A stretch of 64,000 bases of DNA from Octopus vulgaris (GCA_951406725.2 OX597815.1:43772001-43836000), one strand, 5' to 3'; shown: positions 38,993-54,872, counted from the first letter of the stretch. Numbers and translations are program-made. The notes: generated by a model from the sequence alone, not told the origin.

Positions 38993-39901
38993 TATATATA
39001 TATATATATATATATTGCCCATGCTGGCACGGGTTGATGGGTTGGATGGTTTGACCAGGCTGGCAAGCTGGAAGGTTGCACCAGACTCCAGTTTGATTTG
39101 GCATGCTTTCTATGGCTGGATGCCCTTCCTAACACCAACAACTCCAAGAGTGCAATGGAGGCTTTTATGTGCCACCGGCACGGGTGCCATTTGCGTGACA
39201 CCAGTATCTGTCATGACCGTGATTTTACTTGGCTTGATGTGTTTTCTTCTCAAGCACAGTATAATGCCAAAGGTCTCAGTCATTCATCATTGTCCAACAC
39301 TCAAAAGGTGCTTTTCATGTGCCACTGGCATGGGTACCAGTTACATGACACCAGCATCGGCCAAGGAGGTGCCCCAGCATGGCCACACTCTGATGAATGA
39401 AACAAGTTTAAAAAATATAAGATAACAAATAACAGGAAAATAACAGTTAGTAATTTAGCTCTGAGTTGTGTAAGCTATGCAGACTCCTTGCTTCTTTTTT
39501 CCTTTGTCCCAGCCACTTCAATTTTGTTAAGTTAAATCACTATTACAGTTAAATAAAGGTACAATAGCTGTGAGTTTAGATTATCGGCCAGATGGTCAAC
39601 ATTTAAAAATTATACTATAGCCACTGTATCACACCCCAAAGTAAGTCATCTAACTTTTTTCTTACTCTAGTCTGCTTGACTAAGCATAACAAAAAAATGG
39701 CTCCACTCATACTTAATGGTCCAATGGCTAGTAAAAGGAAAAGCATCCAGCTGTAAAAATAATTTCTCCCAAAAATTAACCATCCCAACAATACAAGCAT
39801 CAAAACATTATAATAATAGAACAGTAATAAAGACAAGAAGTACAATAATAATAATAATAATAATGATAATAATAATGATAATAATAATGATAATAATAAT
39901 G

Positions 39902-39969
<68 letters not shown>

Positions 39970-40645
39970 CCTTTCTACTATAGGCACAAAGCTTGAAATT
40001 TGGTGGGTGGGGAATAGTCGATTATATCCACCCTAGTGCTCAACTGGTACTTATTTTATCAACCCTGAAAGGATGAAAGTCAAAATTGACCTCAGTGGAA
40101 TTTGAACTCAAAACATAAACTAGAAGAAATGCTGCAATATTTTGTTAGGTGTGCTAACAATTCTTCCAGTTTGCTGCCTTATATAATAATGACAACAACA
40201 ACAATAATGATAATAATAATAATCCTTTCTACTATCAGCACAAGGCCTGAGATTCTATGGAGAAGAGGTAGTTAATTACATCAACCCCAGTGCTCAGCTA
40301 GTACTTATTTTATCAATGTCGAAAGGCTGGATGGAAGTCAAAGTTGACCTCAGAGGAAATTGAACTCAAAACATAAAGCAGATAAAATGCCACCAAGCAC
40401 TTTGTTTGGTGTGCTACCGATTCTGCCAGTTTGCTGCTTTATATGACAACAACAATAACAACAATATAAAGGATTAGTCCCATCTCAAGCAGTTTTTTGA
40501 TATAGATAGATACATATATACTTAAAGATTATATATATATATAATATCAAAGTATATATATATATAGAATAGTGGTACAACAATGCACCAATATTTACTG
40601 GAAATAGCAGTTGATAATATACAAGGCTATAGTAAAGCTTCACTG

Positions 40646-40699
<54 letters not shown>

Positions 40700-40915
40700 A
40701 TTGTCATTAAAATCCCTATTCTCTTATGTCTTATGTTAGGTGTGACTGTGTGGTAAGAAGTGTGCTTCACAACCACAGGGTTCCTGGATCAATCTCATTG
40801 CATGGCACTTTGGGCAAGTGTCTTCTACTATAGCGTCAGGCCAACCAAAGCCATGTGAGATAGAAGCCCATTATATATATAACCGTAATGGGCTTCTTTT
40901 AGCTTCTGTCAACCA

Positions 40916-40979
<64 letters not shown>

Positions 40980-41267
40980 GTATGTATGTTTGTATATACA
41001 TATATAATATACATACATATATATGTGTGTGTGTGTGTATTCTTTTATTCTTTACTTGTTTCAATCATTTGACTGTAGCCATGTGGGAGCACAGCCTCAA
41101 AGGGTTTTAATCGAACAAATCAACACCAGGGTTCTTTTGTTAAGCCTGGTACTTATTCTATCAGTATCACTTTGCCAAACCACTGAGTTACAGGGACATG
41201 TCAACACCAGTTATCAAGCAATGGTGTGGGACAAGCACAGACATAAAGACCCACACACATAGATTAT

Positions 41268-41310
<43 letters not shown>

Positions 41311-41711
41311 TATATATATGATGGGTTTTTTTCTGGTTCCATCTACCAAATCCACTGTCAAGGCTTTGGTTGGTCCAAGGCTATAGTAGAAGATGCTTGC
41401 CCAGGATGCGACACAGTGGGATTGAACTCAGAACGATGTGGTTGAAAAGCAAGCTTCTTACCACACAGCAATGAAAAAATAAGTATATATATCAACTCTT
41501 TTGCCAAACAAATGTTGACAGTGACTTTGAAGTAATGGTTTGCTTGCTTTCATCAGACTGATAAAGGCAAACAAGCCAAACCTTTTCCTTCTAAAAGTTG
41601 ATAAAAAGGTATTCTACTAAAATGTATTGAGTGATCCTTCAGTTTAATCTTAATATTTGTTTTAAAACTATAAACTGGACATAAAAACAGGTATAAAAAC
41701 AGACATCAACA

Positions 41712-41754
<43 letters not shown>

Positions 41755-41772
41755 GTATATACATATATGTAT

Positions 41773-41822
<50 letters not shown>

Positions 41823-41824
41823 CA

Positions 41825-41897
<73 letters not shown>

Positions 41898-41899
41898 TA

Positions 41900-43291
41900 C
41901 AAGGGTTGGAGAAAATAATGGAAACACCTAGCATCATAGCATCAAAATTTTTATTTTTAAACTACCCACAAGGGGCTAAACACAGAGGGGACAAACAAGG
42001 ACAGACAAACGGATTAAGTCGATTACATCGACCCCAGTGTGTAACTAGTACATAATTTATTGACCCCGAAAGGATGAAAGGCAAAGTCGACCTTGAAGTA
42101 TCTATAAAACCATCAAAAACTTGTTTATTTTTATGTTTTTTCATTTATTATTAGTTTTGCTTAATATATTTTGCTAAAATTGCTGTTTCTTTTCAGATAT
42201 CATCAGAAAAACGTAATTAAAATTCATTAAAATGACATATCTATCAGACTTTCAAAGAGGTCAAATTGTTGGTGCATATATGGCAGGCACTAGTATATAA
42301 AAAAACAGCCAAATTGTTTGGTGAATCAAGAAGTACTGTGTCGAAGTAATGACAGCCTTTGAGAAAGAGGGGAAAACCTCCATGTTGAAACAAAACTCTG
42401 AAAGAAAACCAAAACTTTCAAATAGGGACCGTCGGACTCTTACGTGAATTGTTAGAAAGGATAAAAAAAGTACAGCTCCCAAAATTACTGCAGAGCTTAT
42501 TGACTACCTTGAGAACCCAGTTTCCACAAAAACTGTTGACCAGGATCTGCACAAAACCAGGTTTCGCAAGAGGGCTGCAATCAGAAAACCACAACTTTCA
42601 AAAACAAACATTGCAAAGCATGTAGAGTGGAATAAAAACCTACAGAATTGATCCCTAGAGCAGCGGAAGAATGTTATTTTCTTGGACGAGTCATCCTTTA
42701 CCTTATTTCTGACCACCGGCCGAGTATACATGTGGAGACAGCCAAAAGAAGCATTTGACTCAGACTGCCTTCTTCCAGCTATTAAACATGGAGGAGGATC
42801 TGTGATGATCTGGTGGGGATATATCTTGGAAATCCACCAGCCCAATGGCTTCCCTTCATGGCAGAATTAATAGTCAAGACTATTTAAGCATTTTACCTGG
42901 TCAAATTCATCTTGTGGTTGTGTAACTGTTTCCAGAGGGAAATGCAATCTTCACACAGCTAAAGTTGTTACTGAATGGCATGAGGAACATTCTAGTGAAG
43001 TTGAACATCTTATCTGGCCACCACAGTCTCCAGATCTCAATATCATTGAACATTTAAGGTGCATTTTAGAAAATCAAGTAATGAGTTGATATCCTCCACC
43101 ACCATCACAAGAACTGGAGACTGTTTTAACTGAAGAACGGACAAAAATTCCTTTGGAAAAAATTCAGACTTTCTATGAGTCCATACCTTGTGGAATTCAA
43201 GGTGTAATTACTTCCAAAAACAGTCTTAACCCATATTAAATTAAATTTGTTTGAAATTTTAATGTGCTTCCATTATTTTGTCCAGCCCCTG
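41900..43291 (+). mobile_element. Decayed Tc1/mariner DNA transposon with a family A SINE fragment inserted at ~41961-42093
   Basis: TA|CAAGGGTTGGAGAAAATAATGGAAACAC ... GTGCTTCCATTATTTTGTCCAGCCCCTG|TA: imperfect TIRs with TA TSD. Confidence 0.9.
42232..43239 (+). pseudogene. Tc1 transposase pseudogene
   Basis: Motifs LSDFQRGQIVG, VIFLDESSF, KHGGGSVMIW and WPPQSPDLNIIEHL, interrupted by stops and frameshifts. Confidence 0.9.
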
Positions 43292-43370
<79 letters not shown>

Positions 43371-43439
43371 ATGTTCCAGTTTCAGCTCAGAGCTGTGGCC
43401 ATGCTGGGGCACTCCCATTTTGCTACAGTGTTATTATTG

Positions 43440-43840
<401 letters not shown>

Positions 43841-44127
43841 TCAGAAGGATATATATTGTTTCTAACATAATCACAAGACTTGAAATGTAAGACAGGCGGG
43901 GATGGATAAATAGAGGATATCGGATGCCAGTATATGACTGTTAGATTACTTTATAGATTGATTGATCCTTGAGAGACAAACAGCAAAGTCACTCTAGGCG
44001 GGAATTTAACTCAAAATGTAAAGAACCAAAATAAATTCTGTATGGTGTTTTATAAGAGACCCTAACAATTCTACACATCTACCACCGAAGTACGTGTGTG
44101 TGTGTGTGTGTGTGTACACATACAAAC

Positions 44128-44210
<83 letters not shown>

Positions 44211-44243
44211 CAGACAGGTAGACAGACAGACAGACAGACAGAC

Positions 44244-44308
<65 letters not shown>

Positions 44309-44332
44309 TGTTTCTTTATTAACCACACAGAC

Positions 44333-44377
<45 letters not shown>

Positions 44378-44422
44378 CAGGTAGATAGACAGACAGGTAG
44401 ACAGACAGACAGACAGCTAGAC

Positions 44423-44506
<84 letters not shown>

Positions 44507-45112
44507 GTTCTCAACACGTTTTCCACAACTAAGAAAATATACTATAGATGACAGTAAGACCCTTTATGGTAGATTTATAATAAGAGATACTAATTTTTGT
44601 TCTAGAATTTTCACCACGTAATTCATATAAACAACATCATGTTAGAAACGAACGTACATTACATTAACATTACCAGCAAAACTGATTTTATAATAGTACC
44701 ACACACACACGTACACACACACACACACACACATTCGGTCACGTTATAAGCATTCTTTTTTTTTTTTGTCTTTTATTTTGTTATGAGGGAAATCCCTATG
44801 TATATAACAAATGCGTGCGTTATGTTGATGACGTGTTAAATACAGGGGAGTTCCCTCCCTTATTCCTCTCACCAGTCAATATCAGGATATAATTATTGTA
44901 AGGGTAGAAAGCAACGAGATGGAATATACAGCGAAAGATGTTTTCTATAAAAGCAATGAAACAGTTGTTGACACGGTTTTTGCTGTGGGTGTTGTTGGCA
45001 TCGTTGTCAGGTGTTGTTTTTTATTTCTTTTTACTCTTCAAAATCCTCAAAACACACCTCTTTTATCTTGACATTAATCCTTACCTGAACCATAAGCATT
45101 CTCCTCCTCCAC

Positions 45113-45158
<46 letters not shown>

Positions 45159-45295
45159 TGATGATGATGATGATGGTGATGATTATGATTTTAAGCTTTG
45201 GCACAAGGCCAGCAATTTCTGTGAAGGAGATCAATTACATCGACCTCAGTAATCAACTGGTATTTACGTTATAGACCCCGAAAGGATGAAAGGTA

Positions 45296-45361
<66 letters not shown>

Positions 45362-46232
45362 GTTTTCTAATAAATTCTGTCTGTCTGTCTCTCTATCTGT
45401 CAGAAATTCTTGGGAGTGGGGGCTAGTCGATTAAATCAATCCCAGTACGTAACTGGTACTTATTTCATCGACCCCCGAAAGGATGAAATGCAAAGTTGAT
45501 CTTGGTCAGAAGAAATGCCACTAAACTTTTTCCGGCGTGCTAGCATTTCTACAAACTCGCCACCTTCCTCATAATAGTGATCCTTTCAATAATTAAGCAC
45601 AAAGCCTGAAATATTGCGGGAGCACGACAAATCGATTACATCGACCCCAGTTCTTAACTATTGCTTAATTCATCGAAAGGATGACAGGCAAAGTCGACCT
45701 CGGCGGAAATTTAACTCAGAACGTAAAGGCGAACTAAATGCTGCTAAGCATTTTGTCCGGCATGCTAACGTTTCTGCCACCTCGCCGTGTTTTGGTTTCA
45801 AATTTTGGTACCAGCAGTATTAAGGTTTAATCGACTACATCGACCCTGTACTTGACTGGTACTTAAATTTTATCGACCCCGGATGAAGAAAAGACATAGT
45901 TGGTTACGGTGAAATTTGAGCTCATAACGTTAAGAACCGGAGCAATCATCAGAAAGCATTTTCCCGACACACTAACGATTCTGCCAATCCACCTCCCTAA
46001 TTAAAATTGTAATAATTGTTTCTGATTTAAGCACAAGGCCGGCAATTTTGGTGGAGGGGACTAAGCCGATGACATTGACTCCAGTACTTGACTGGTATTA
46101 TTATTTAACAGCCCCGAAAAGAAGAAAGGCGAATCAACCCCAGTGGCACCTAAACTCAGATTGTAAAGAGCCGCAATTAAAACCACAAAACATATTTCGA
46201 CACTATAATTTTTCTCCCAAAGCACTGCCATA

Positions 46233-46965
46233 ATGATGATGATGATGATGATGATTTCTTTTATTAGCAATCGGAGCATATACAAGGACAGTCTGCAATC
46301 TGTGGTGGGTTTTACATATGTGGAAAGACGGTTAAATTTTTATTTAGCATACAAACTATGCGAACATATAAATGGTGAATTCCTACTAATATAGGAGAAC
46401 CTCCAACTCGAGCCAATGAAGGGACCCCACACATCCAGCATCACCCTGACCACTTAAGGCACGAGCCCTCGTCTAACCGTTGTTCCCTAGTCAACAGGTG
46501 CGTCCTTAGAGTAGGTCCATTCATTCTAACCATTTTCATCAAGTCACTCATATTTCTACAAATTCACCGGGAGATAGCGCTTCCTACTCCATCCTTTTCT
46601 TTCCAAATGGGACTTAAAAAGCCGATGAAAACTTGACCTAAAAGGAAAGTTGCTTTCCTCAAACCTTTCAGCTTTGTCTAGCATGCAGCTTCTTTTGCCA
46701 TAGCCAATATTCTGAGGAATGCCACCTGTCGTACCTCGTTAAAGGTGGTTTGTGGAGCGATCCTGCCGATGGACTCAGCGAATAGTCGGATTCGTCCTAC
46801 ATGCGATAACAGGTTCACAAATCAGTAATGCTCGAATTCTGCATTGAAACGGTTTCGGCGCCCTGTGCACATCTCGAGCAGTTTCGCATGGACATGTTTC
46901 CGTGCTTTTAGAGTTTATCTCGAATCAGCAGTGCTCTTTGGTAGCACTGCCAGGCTAGGTTTTTC
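46233..46965 (-). mobile_element. L1/Tx1-like LINE 3' end, decayed
   Basis: Minus-strand fragments LAWQCYQRALLIRDKL and CSRCAQGAETV resemble the zf-RVT region. The 3' UTR ends in AATAAAAGAAA followed by (TCA)n. Confidence 0.55.
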
Positions 46966-47047
46966 TAGTCCTCCCAAACAGACCAGCTACTTCATCCTCG
47001 TCGATTAAACCTTAAATAATGCTGGTGCTGGACTTGTGCCAAAATTA

Positions 47048-47105
47048 TTAGCCCCAGGTCAGCGTTCACTGACCAGACGGTCAGTGAACGCTGACCTGGG
47101 GCTAA
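47048..47105. repeat. Perfect 27-bp inverted repeat with 4-nt loop
   Basis: TTAGCCCCAGGTCAGCGTTCACTGACC agac GGTCAGTGAACGCTGACCTGGGGCTAA. Confidence 0.95.
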
Positions 47106-48126
47106 GCAACAACAACAGCCATACTAATATTGATTTCAAATTTTGGTACAAGGCTAGCAATTTCGAGAGATTGGGTAAGTCGATTACTTCGATCCCATTA
47201 CTCAACTGGTACTTATTTTACCAGACTCGAAAGGATGAAAAGTAAAGTCGACTCGGGCGGCATTTGAAGTCAGAACGTTAAAGACAGACGAAATACCTCT
47301 CGGCATTATGCCTGGCGTGCTAATGATTCTGCTTGCTCGCTACCTTAAACAACCATAATATTATAGAATCAATCATATCTCATAGCCTGTAAGGGCTTAA
47401 CAAAAGCAATAGGAACTATTTCTTTCTTCATCATCTGACTAAATTTAAAAGCTAAGTTGGTAAGACTAGTATAACTCAGTTCTCGCCAGTTCATTATTTC
47501 AGGTAACTGAACAACGAAGACCAACTTAAAGGACCATAATACTGACCGAAAATTTAAGTCTGATATCAAAGACTGCTTTGTAGAGTGGCGAGTGGTAGAA
47601 GTCGATTGATTCTAGTTCCATATTTCACTTGTATTTATATGACCATTGCCGTATGATGGAGAAATGCAATCTGTTGGTTTTCACTCTTGGAGTTGTGAAC
47701 TACTGCATTAGAATACACTATATAAGACATGAAGACGATGGCATTTGCGCCCCACCATAACCATCACCCCGAAACTTACAGACCAACAAAAGCAAAAAGA
47801 AATGGAAAAGAAAAAAATCAAATCTTGACGTGTGTTTGTCATATCTATTATATAAATATAACAAAATGAACATTAAGCTGTTATCAAATGTCTTCTGCCT
47901 TTTGTATATTTTACAGCAGTCACTAAATGACTAACCGTATGAATGCACGCACGCACACACAAACACACACACGTACATACTTACGCATACACACTCACTC
48001 ACATACGCACATATACACATGCACTCACAGATTTTTGCACACTAGTAAAGAAATATATTCACGTAAGCTTAGTATGTGTACGCTTGTAATCGGCTATGAA
48101 TTTGATGAAAACTTAGCAGAAGTGTC

Positions 48127-48276
<150 letters not shown>

Positions 48277-48789
48277 CACACACATACACAGGATTTTGCG
48301 CTCTAGCAAAGAACTATATTTATGCATAATAAATAAGCGTGCGCTTATTAAGTATGCTTATTAAGTTAGTTGTGGATTGATGAAAATTGAGTGTAAGAAT
48401 GTATGCATGCATGCATACATGCATACATACACACATACATACATACATACATACATACATACATACATACATACATACATACATACATACATACATACAT
48501 ACATACATACATACATACATACATAGCCACATGAGTATATATGTGTGAGGGAGACGACCACGAGGCACCGATGACCTGCACCCGATTTGACATTGGTCGG
48601 TTCTAGTAGTATATTAATTTATCAATGAGAGGGGATTATTTCCTCTTTGGTCAAACCATTTGCCATTTTCGAAGAAAAAACATTTTTATTGGTTCCCCAT
48701 GACCATTCTCACAGCTGAACATTTACAGCAGAGAGACAGAGAGAGAGAGGGGGGAGTTTATTGAACCCAAAAGGATGAAAGGCAAATTT

Positions 48790-50275
48790 GATGATGCATG
48801 AAGCTGCCTTCTTTGGAAAGCCAAACAGTGAGTGGTTGATATGGTCTCAGGAAGTAGTGCCAGACAGAATAGAAGCCGTGCATAGTGACCCTTTAAAGAT
48901 ATTCATGGATGTAGGACGGACCTTTCCAACTACTAACGTTCAGATCACACACTTTCAACATTGCACTTGACTCTTGACATAATAAAACCAGTTATGATAA
49001 AACTCGGACATGATCTCGTTAAGGACCATATGATATCATAAGACCTAAAAAAAAAAGCTGTCCAGGGCTACAGAAGAACTGATCGAAGATTTTACAAGTG
49101 CTTTAAAAGAAGCTCTAGACTGTTTTGTGAGGACTTCATTTGAGAGCAGCTTTGTCCCTAAATAACTGAACTCATCAGGACTTGATGTATTTAGATGGTG
49201 AAGAGAGATGCTGGTCCATCACTGTTGAAAGACTAGTATCATAGCAATTCGTCAATGAGTTTAGTGATACAAGCGTCCAAAAAAAGAAATAGCGTGCATC
49301 GGTGATCAGCTAGCTTGTTAGGGAAGCACAGAGCAACGATATAATACTCTCAGTCATATGATTAAATTACTCAGAAGCTACTCCTAGCGTGCCCCACCAG
49401 ATGATCCAAAATGAACTGAGCAACGCTAACTGCAAACAGCAGTAAATAAAGATCGTTAAGTTACACAGGGTTTCGTTGAAAGAGAGATTCACTGTGGGAA
49501 ACTCTATTGGCGACTTAAGAAGGACAGTATGGCAAAATACACAATAGCTGCGGTTTTGTTCGTGGTTGCCATGAAAAATATCAGGAGGAATAGAGCGTAG
49601 AGAGACAAATACTGTCAACAATACAAGACATCCGGCCTAAAAAGTTTTCATGGGTGTTGAATAGTGATACTGGAGATAGCTAAATGGTCACGGGTGCAAA
49701 CCAGACCCCAAACATCTAGGAGTCTAGGTAACCCGAAAGAAAGCTAACAAAAATATCAGCATTCAAATATCTGAGAATTGAATTCTTTACACGGAAAGAA
49801 TCTGGTACCTTAGAAAGAATTAGAACAGCTTTCTGAAGGGCAATGGCAACGACAAAGACATGGCCCACCTACGCATCTTGTTCAAGATAGTTGACATAAA
49901 CCAGACACATGAAAGGATTAAGGTATATTGCTTCCTTCGTGGTTATGAAGCCTAGATTGGTTCTTTCATCCAGGACCACAAAAAACATTTTAGTAGACGA
50001 TGTAACAATACTAGAAATTGATTCATGAGGCTTTTGTCAAGCACATTCCTCAATGAAGTTGACTGTAGGTATTTTTCGGCAACATCAACGCGCTACGTAT
50101 GGATAGATGAACAGCTTGGAACCAGAGCAACTGAAGAAACTCATTAGAAGGATAGCCAGGGCTGTGGGGGAAAGGGTTTGAGGCAAGGTCAAGTTTGTTG
50201 TAATTGACAAGTGATCGCAGCAGCAACGAAACCCTCCCAATGGGCGACACGGCTTTTACACCAAAATACCTTCTA
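48790..50275 (+). mobile_element. Highly decayed R2-group (Hero-like) non-LTR retrotransposon
   Basis: Plus-strand fragments in the expected order: DTSVQK, SVPHQMI (cf. AYGSVPH), SMAKYTIAAVLFVVAM (cf. G.M.GCTIS..LFV.AM), EVDCRYF (cf. EVGCRGF), LKKLIRRIARAV. Confidence 0.55.
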
Positions 50276-50529
50276 GAAACACTAGTGTAAATATATATAA
50301 ACATATACATACACGCATATATCTGTATGCCTGTATATAACGAAAGAAATGGGGACCCAATTGAACTACAACAACAATTTAAACACTCAACAAAGTGGAC
50401 AACAAAGTGGACACTCAACAAAGTGGACACTCACACATACGTGCATGCTTACATGCGTACACGCACACACACACACACCAGTTTATACTCATGTAATTGG
50501 TGTATAAATGCAAACGCAAATGTGTGTGT

Positions 50530-50583
<54 letters not shown>

Positions 50584-50686
50584 ATATACATATACGTATG
50601 TACGTGTATATTTATGTAGTATATATATAGATCGCTAGCCACTACGCATTCTTTATTTTCTCTCCTTATTTTTTTTTTCTGTGTTC

Positions 50687-50722
50687 CTTTCTGTGGAAGA
50701 GCGAAAGCTCGAAACGTTAAAG
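50687..50722 (+). ncRNA. Minimal hammerhead-like motif (variant core CUGUGGA)
   Basis: cttt CTGTGGA a gagc gaaa gctc GAAA cg TT aaag, inside a ~180-bp repeat also seen at 33010-33185 (-) and 23840-23985 (+). Confidence 0.5.
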
Positions 50723-50913
50723 ACATTTTCACTTCCCGAGCGTTAAACTAATACATCTGTTTGTTGTCTGTACACCTGTCTTCGTCTTTTGTTTTTTTGT
50801 GAATTCTTCCTATATATGTATATATATATATATATATAATTTTTTACTCTACGTTTCAGTCATTTGATGGAGGGCGGCAAACAGACACAAAGGCATGCAC
50901 ACATAAATATATA

Positions 50914-50967
<54 letters not shown>

Positions 50968-51780
50968 GGAGTAAACACATAAATGTGAAACAAGGTGGTA
51001 AAAAAGAGTACTCAAATACAAGTGGTAGAGTAATATGCTTTATTTAAAGCAGCAGAAAATTCCACAAAACCTGTTACTCTCAACCAAATCCACTCACAAA
51101 GCTTTGGTCGGCCCGAGGCTATAGTTGAAGACACTTGCCCAAGGTGTCACGAAGTGGGACTGAACCCGGAACCATGTGATTGAGCAGGAAGCTTCTTGCC
51201 ACACAGCCACGCCTGTATGCATTTATGTGTGTACGTATGTATATAAATATGCATGTATAAAGGGCTGATGGTGTAATGGTTAGCACATCTATCGTTCGTT
51301 AGGAGGTTTGCATTCGATTTCCAATAAGACCCTACAATCCAAATATTTAGGCAGAGACGTGGCTGTGTGCTAAGCAGCTTGCTTCCAAACAACATTGTTC
51401 CGGGATCGGTGTCACTACCTGGCATCTCGGGCAAGTGACATACTATTGCCTCGGGTCGACCAAAGCCTTGTGAATGGATTTGGTAGACAGAAACTGAAAG
51501 AAACCTGTCGTGTATATGTGTTTGCGCGCGCGCGTGTGTGTGTGTGTGTGTGTGTGTGTCTGTTCCCCCACCATTGCTTGACAACCGATGCTGGAGTGTT
51601 TACGTCCCTGTAATCTAGCGGTCCGAAAAAAGAGACAGACGGAGTATGTACTAGGCTAACAAAGAATAAGTCTGGGATTGATTTTTTTCGACTAAAACCC
51701 TTTAAGGTGGTGCTCCAGTATAGCCACAGTCAAATGGCTGAGAGAAGAAAAGAATATACATATATATTTATAGAGATGGG

Positions 51781-51815
<35 letters not shown>

Positions 51816-51825
51816 ATGCATTTTG

Positions 51826-51869
<44 letters not shown>

Positions 51870-51872
51870 TAG

Positions 51873-51951
<79 letters not shown>

Positions 51952-51977
51952 CATACATACATACATACATACATACA

Positions 51978-52012
<35 letters not shown>

Positions 52013-52412
52013 TGAACGATTATTACATTTTGTACACAAAAATATACTTTACTTCTTCTTGATACAACAAGGCGAATATACATACACACAAACACACATA
52101 AACACACAGATACATACACACATGCACGTACACACGGTCACAACACATACTTTGAGATTGCATATCAACGAGCAACTAAGCTAATGGGAGAAGGGCAGAT
52201 AACTGCGGCTGTCATTTTTCCTGGCTAAATCGTGTCATACCACTTGAGTAAGTTAAACAAGTCAGGTCGCGCTAGAGTTTGCCGAGTGAATCATCTGCTT
52301 GGCCTTAACCGTAAACGGACATGTACGTACACACACACACACACACACACACAAACGCACTCGCACACACACACACACACGTACACACATATAGGCGCAC
52401 ATATGTGTATAA

Positions 52413-52460
<48 letters not shown>

Positions 52461-52776
52461 TACATACACATCCACATGCACACACGCATACAAGCGAATT
52501 ACATCTGATCTTTTTTACCATTGCTTTATTTCAATCATAAAACGGAGGCCATGCTGGGGCATCTCCCCCCCTCCACTACCCCCAAAGCATTTAGTGGAAC
52601 AAATCCACCACCACCACCACCACCACCACAACTCCCAGTACCTTTTTTTTTCTAAGCCTTTTACTTATTCTATCGGTTTCTTTCTGCCGGACCGCGAACT
52701 TACGAGGACGTAAACAAACCAATGTCAGTTGGCAAGCGATGTCAGGGGAAAAGTACAAACACAAAGACACACAGTC

Positions 52777-52809
<33 letters not shown>

Positions 52810-53078
52810 TACATACATACATACGCTCTCCCACTCTCTCTCACGCACACGCACACACATACCACACAGGCACACACACACTTCGATGGATTTCCTTCAG
52901 TTTCCGTTTACCAATTCCATTACAAGGCTTTGATTTACCCGAGGCATAATAGAAGTCAAATGCGCAAGATGTCATGAAGTGGGACTGAACCTGGAACCAT
53001 ATGGTTGGGAAGAACAATATATACATATACATGACGAATAATTAAAAAAAAGTTTGAAGAAATTATATACAAGCATAT

Positions 53079-53475
53079 AGGTGCAGGAGTGGCTGTGTGG
53101 TAAGTAGCTTGCTTACCAACCACATGGTTCTGGGTTCAGTCCCACTGCGTGGCATCTTGGGCAAGTGTCTTCTGCTATAGCCTCGGGCCGACCAAAGGCT
53201 TGTGAGTGGATTTGGTAGACGGAAACTGAAAGAAGCCTGTCGTATATATGTATATATATATGTGTATGTGTGTGTATATGTTTGTGTGTCTGTGTTTGCC
53301 CCCCTAGCATTGCTTGCCAATCGATGCTGGTGTGTTTATTTCCCCGTCACTCAGCGGTTCGGCAAAAGAGACCGATAGAATAAGTACTGGGCTTACAAAG
53401 AATAAGTCCCGGGGTTGATCTGCTCGACTAAAGGCGGTGCTCCAGCATGGCCGCAGTCAAATGACTGAAACAAGT
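53079..53475 (+). mobile_element. Family B SINE, full length
   Basis: GGTGCAGGAGTGGCTGTGTGGTAAG ... CCGCAGTCAAATGACTGAAACAAGT. Confidence 0.85.
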
Positions 53476-53774
53476 ATAAAAGAGAAAAAAAAGCATAAAT
53501 TTCCACTTCAAAAGTCAGAGAAAAGATAAAATGGGCATCTGATCGAAAGATTTCTCCATTTTCTGCTTAATTTAAATTTGATTCGTGATAAACATTTGTT
53601 TATTCGTTTATTACCTGGACCCTATGAGCATAGAGTGCTTGCATACCTCTGCCCAGGGTTAACATAGGTAATTTATACCGGTAGTAAGAACGGATATTCT
53701 TATCCCTTAGACATCTATTGCCACCGCTAATTCTACTTATCATATATATTTTTTCTGTTTTCCCGTTTGGATTA

Positions 53775-53830
<56 letters not shown>

Positions 53831-53895
53831 CTTTTTTCTTGTTTCAGTTATTAGATTGCGGCCATGCTGGGGGCACCGCCTTGCAAAAAGTGAGA

Positions 53896-54016
53896 TGTTT
53901 ACAGCAGCTATGTTTCCCGAGCGGTCACTCACCTAATTACTAATTAGGCTCGACGTTGCTCAACTTCGCTGATGAGACGAGGATGGGTGCATATAACGTG
54001 ATATGATGGCCACATG

Positions 54017-54017
<1 letters not shown>
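53896..54017 (-). pseudogene. 5S rRNA pseudogene
   Basis: Minus strand reads GCACCCATCCTCGTCTCATCAGCGAAGTTGAGCAACGTCGAGCCTAATTAGTAATTAGGTGAGTGACCGCTCGGGAAAC; full 5S length but diverged. Confidence 0.8.
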
Positions 54018-54060
<43 letters not shown>

Positions 54061-54066
54061 TTTAAC

Positions 54067-54106
<40 letters not shown>

Positions 54107-54327
54107 TCAGAGAGAGAGAGAGAGAGAGTAAGAAAGAGAGATAGAAATACATATACGTAAGATGAAGTTTTGACATTAAACGTACACATATACCAATAGG
54201 CGCACCAATACACACACACAAACATACATACGAACAGAAACTATGCATGTATGTATGCATGCAAGTATGTATATATATTATATATAGAGAGAGAGAGGAG
54301 GAGGAGGAGAGGGGAGAGTGGGGGAGG

Positions 54328-54459
<132 letters not shown>

Positions 54460-54476
54460 GAGAGAGATAGAGAGAG

Positions 54477-54535
<59 letters not shown>

Positions 54536-54561
54536 GAGAGATAGAGATAGATGGAGAGATG

Positions 54562-54626
<65 letters not shown>

Positions 54627-54801
54627 ACAGCTGGATACATAAAAATCATGTATACATACAGATACATATACACACATCTATTAGCACATACACACACACA
54701 TACCTATGCACACATACACACACATATATACGTCGTTTACATGTTTCAGTCATTAGACTGCAGCCATGTCGGGCTACCACCTAGAATAAAAGTGTAGCAG
54801 A

Positions 54802-54872
54802 AGGCCCCTGTGAGGATCGAACTCACGACCCCTGGTTACAAGACCAGTGCCCTAAACCTGATCTATGAAGCC
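54802..54872 (-). pseudogene. tRNA-Thr(UGU)-like sequence, probably a pseudogene
   Basis: Minus strand reads GGCTTCATAGATCAGGTTTAGGGCACTGGTCTTGTAACCAGGGGTCGTGAGTTCGATCCTCACAGGGGCCT. The T arm is intact, but the anticodon loop is only 6 nt and the D stem is damaged. Confidence 0.7.

Noticed and set aside
49135-49185. Minus-strand CTGATGA gttc..ggac AAAG ctgc TC hammerhead-like motif
   Set aside because: G12 is missing, stem I does not form, and it lies antisense to decayed Hero-like RT sequence, so it is probably chance.
53965-53980. Plus-strand CTGATGAG motif
   Set aside because: It is the antisense of the 5S pseudogene and has no GAAA or stem partner.
54802-54872. Functional tRNA-Thr gene
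   Set aside because: The anticodon loop is 6 nt and the D stem is disrupted, so it is kept as a pseudogene; a sequencing indel cannot be excluded.
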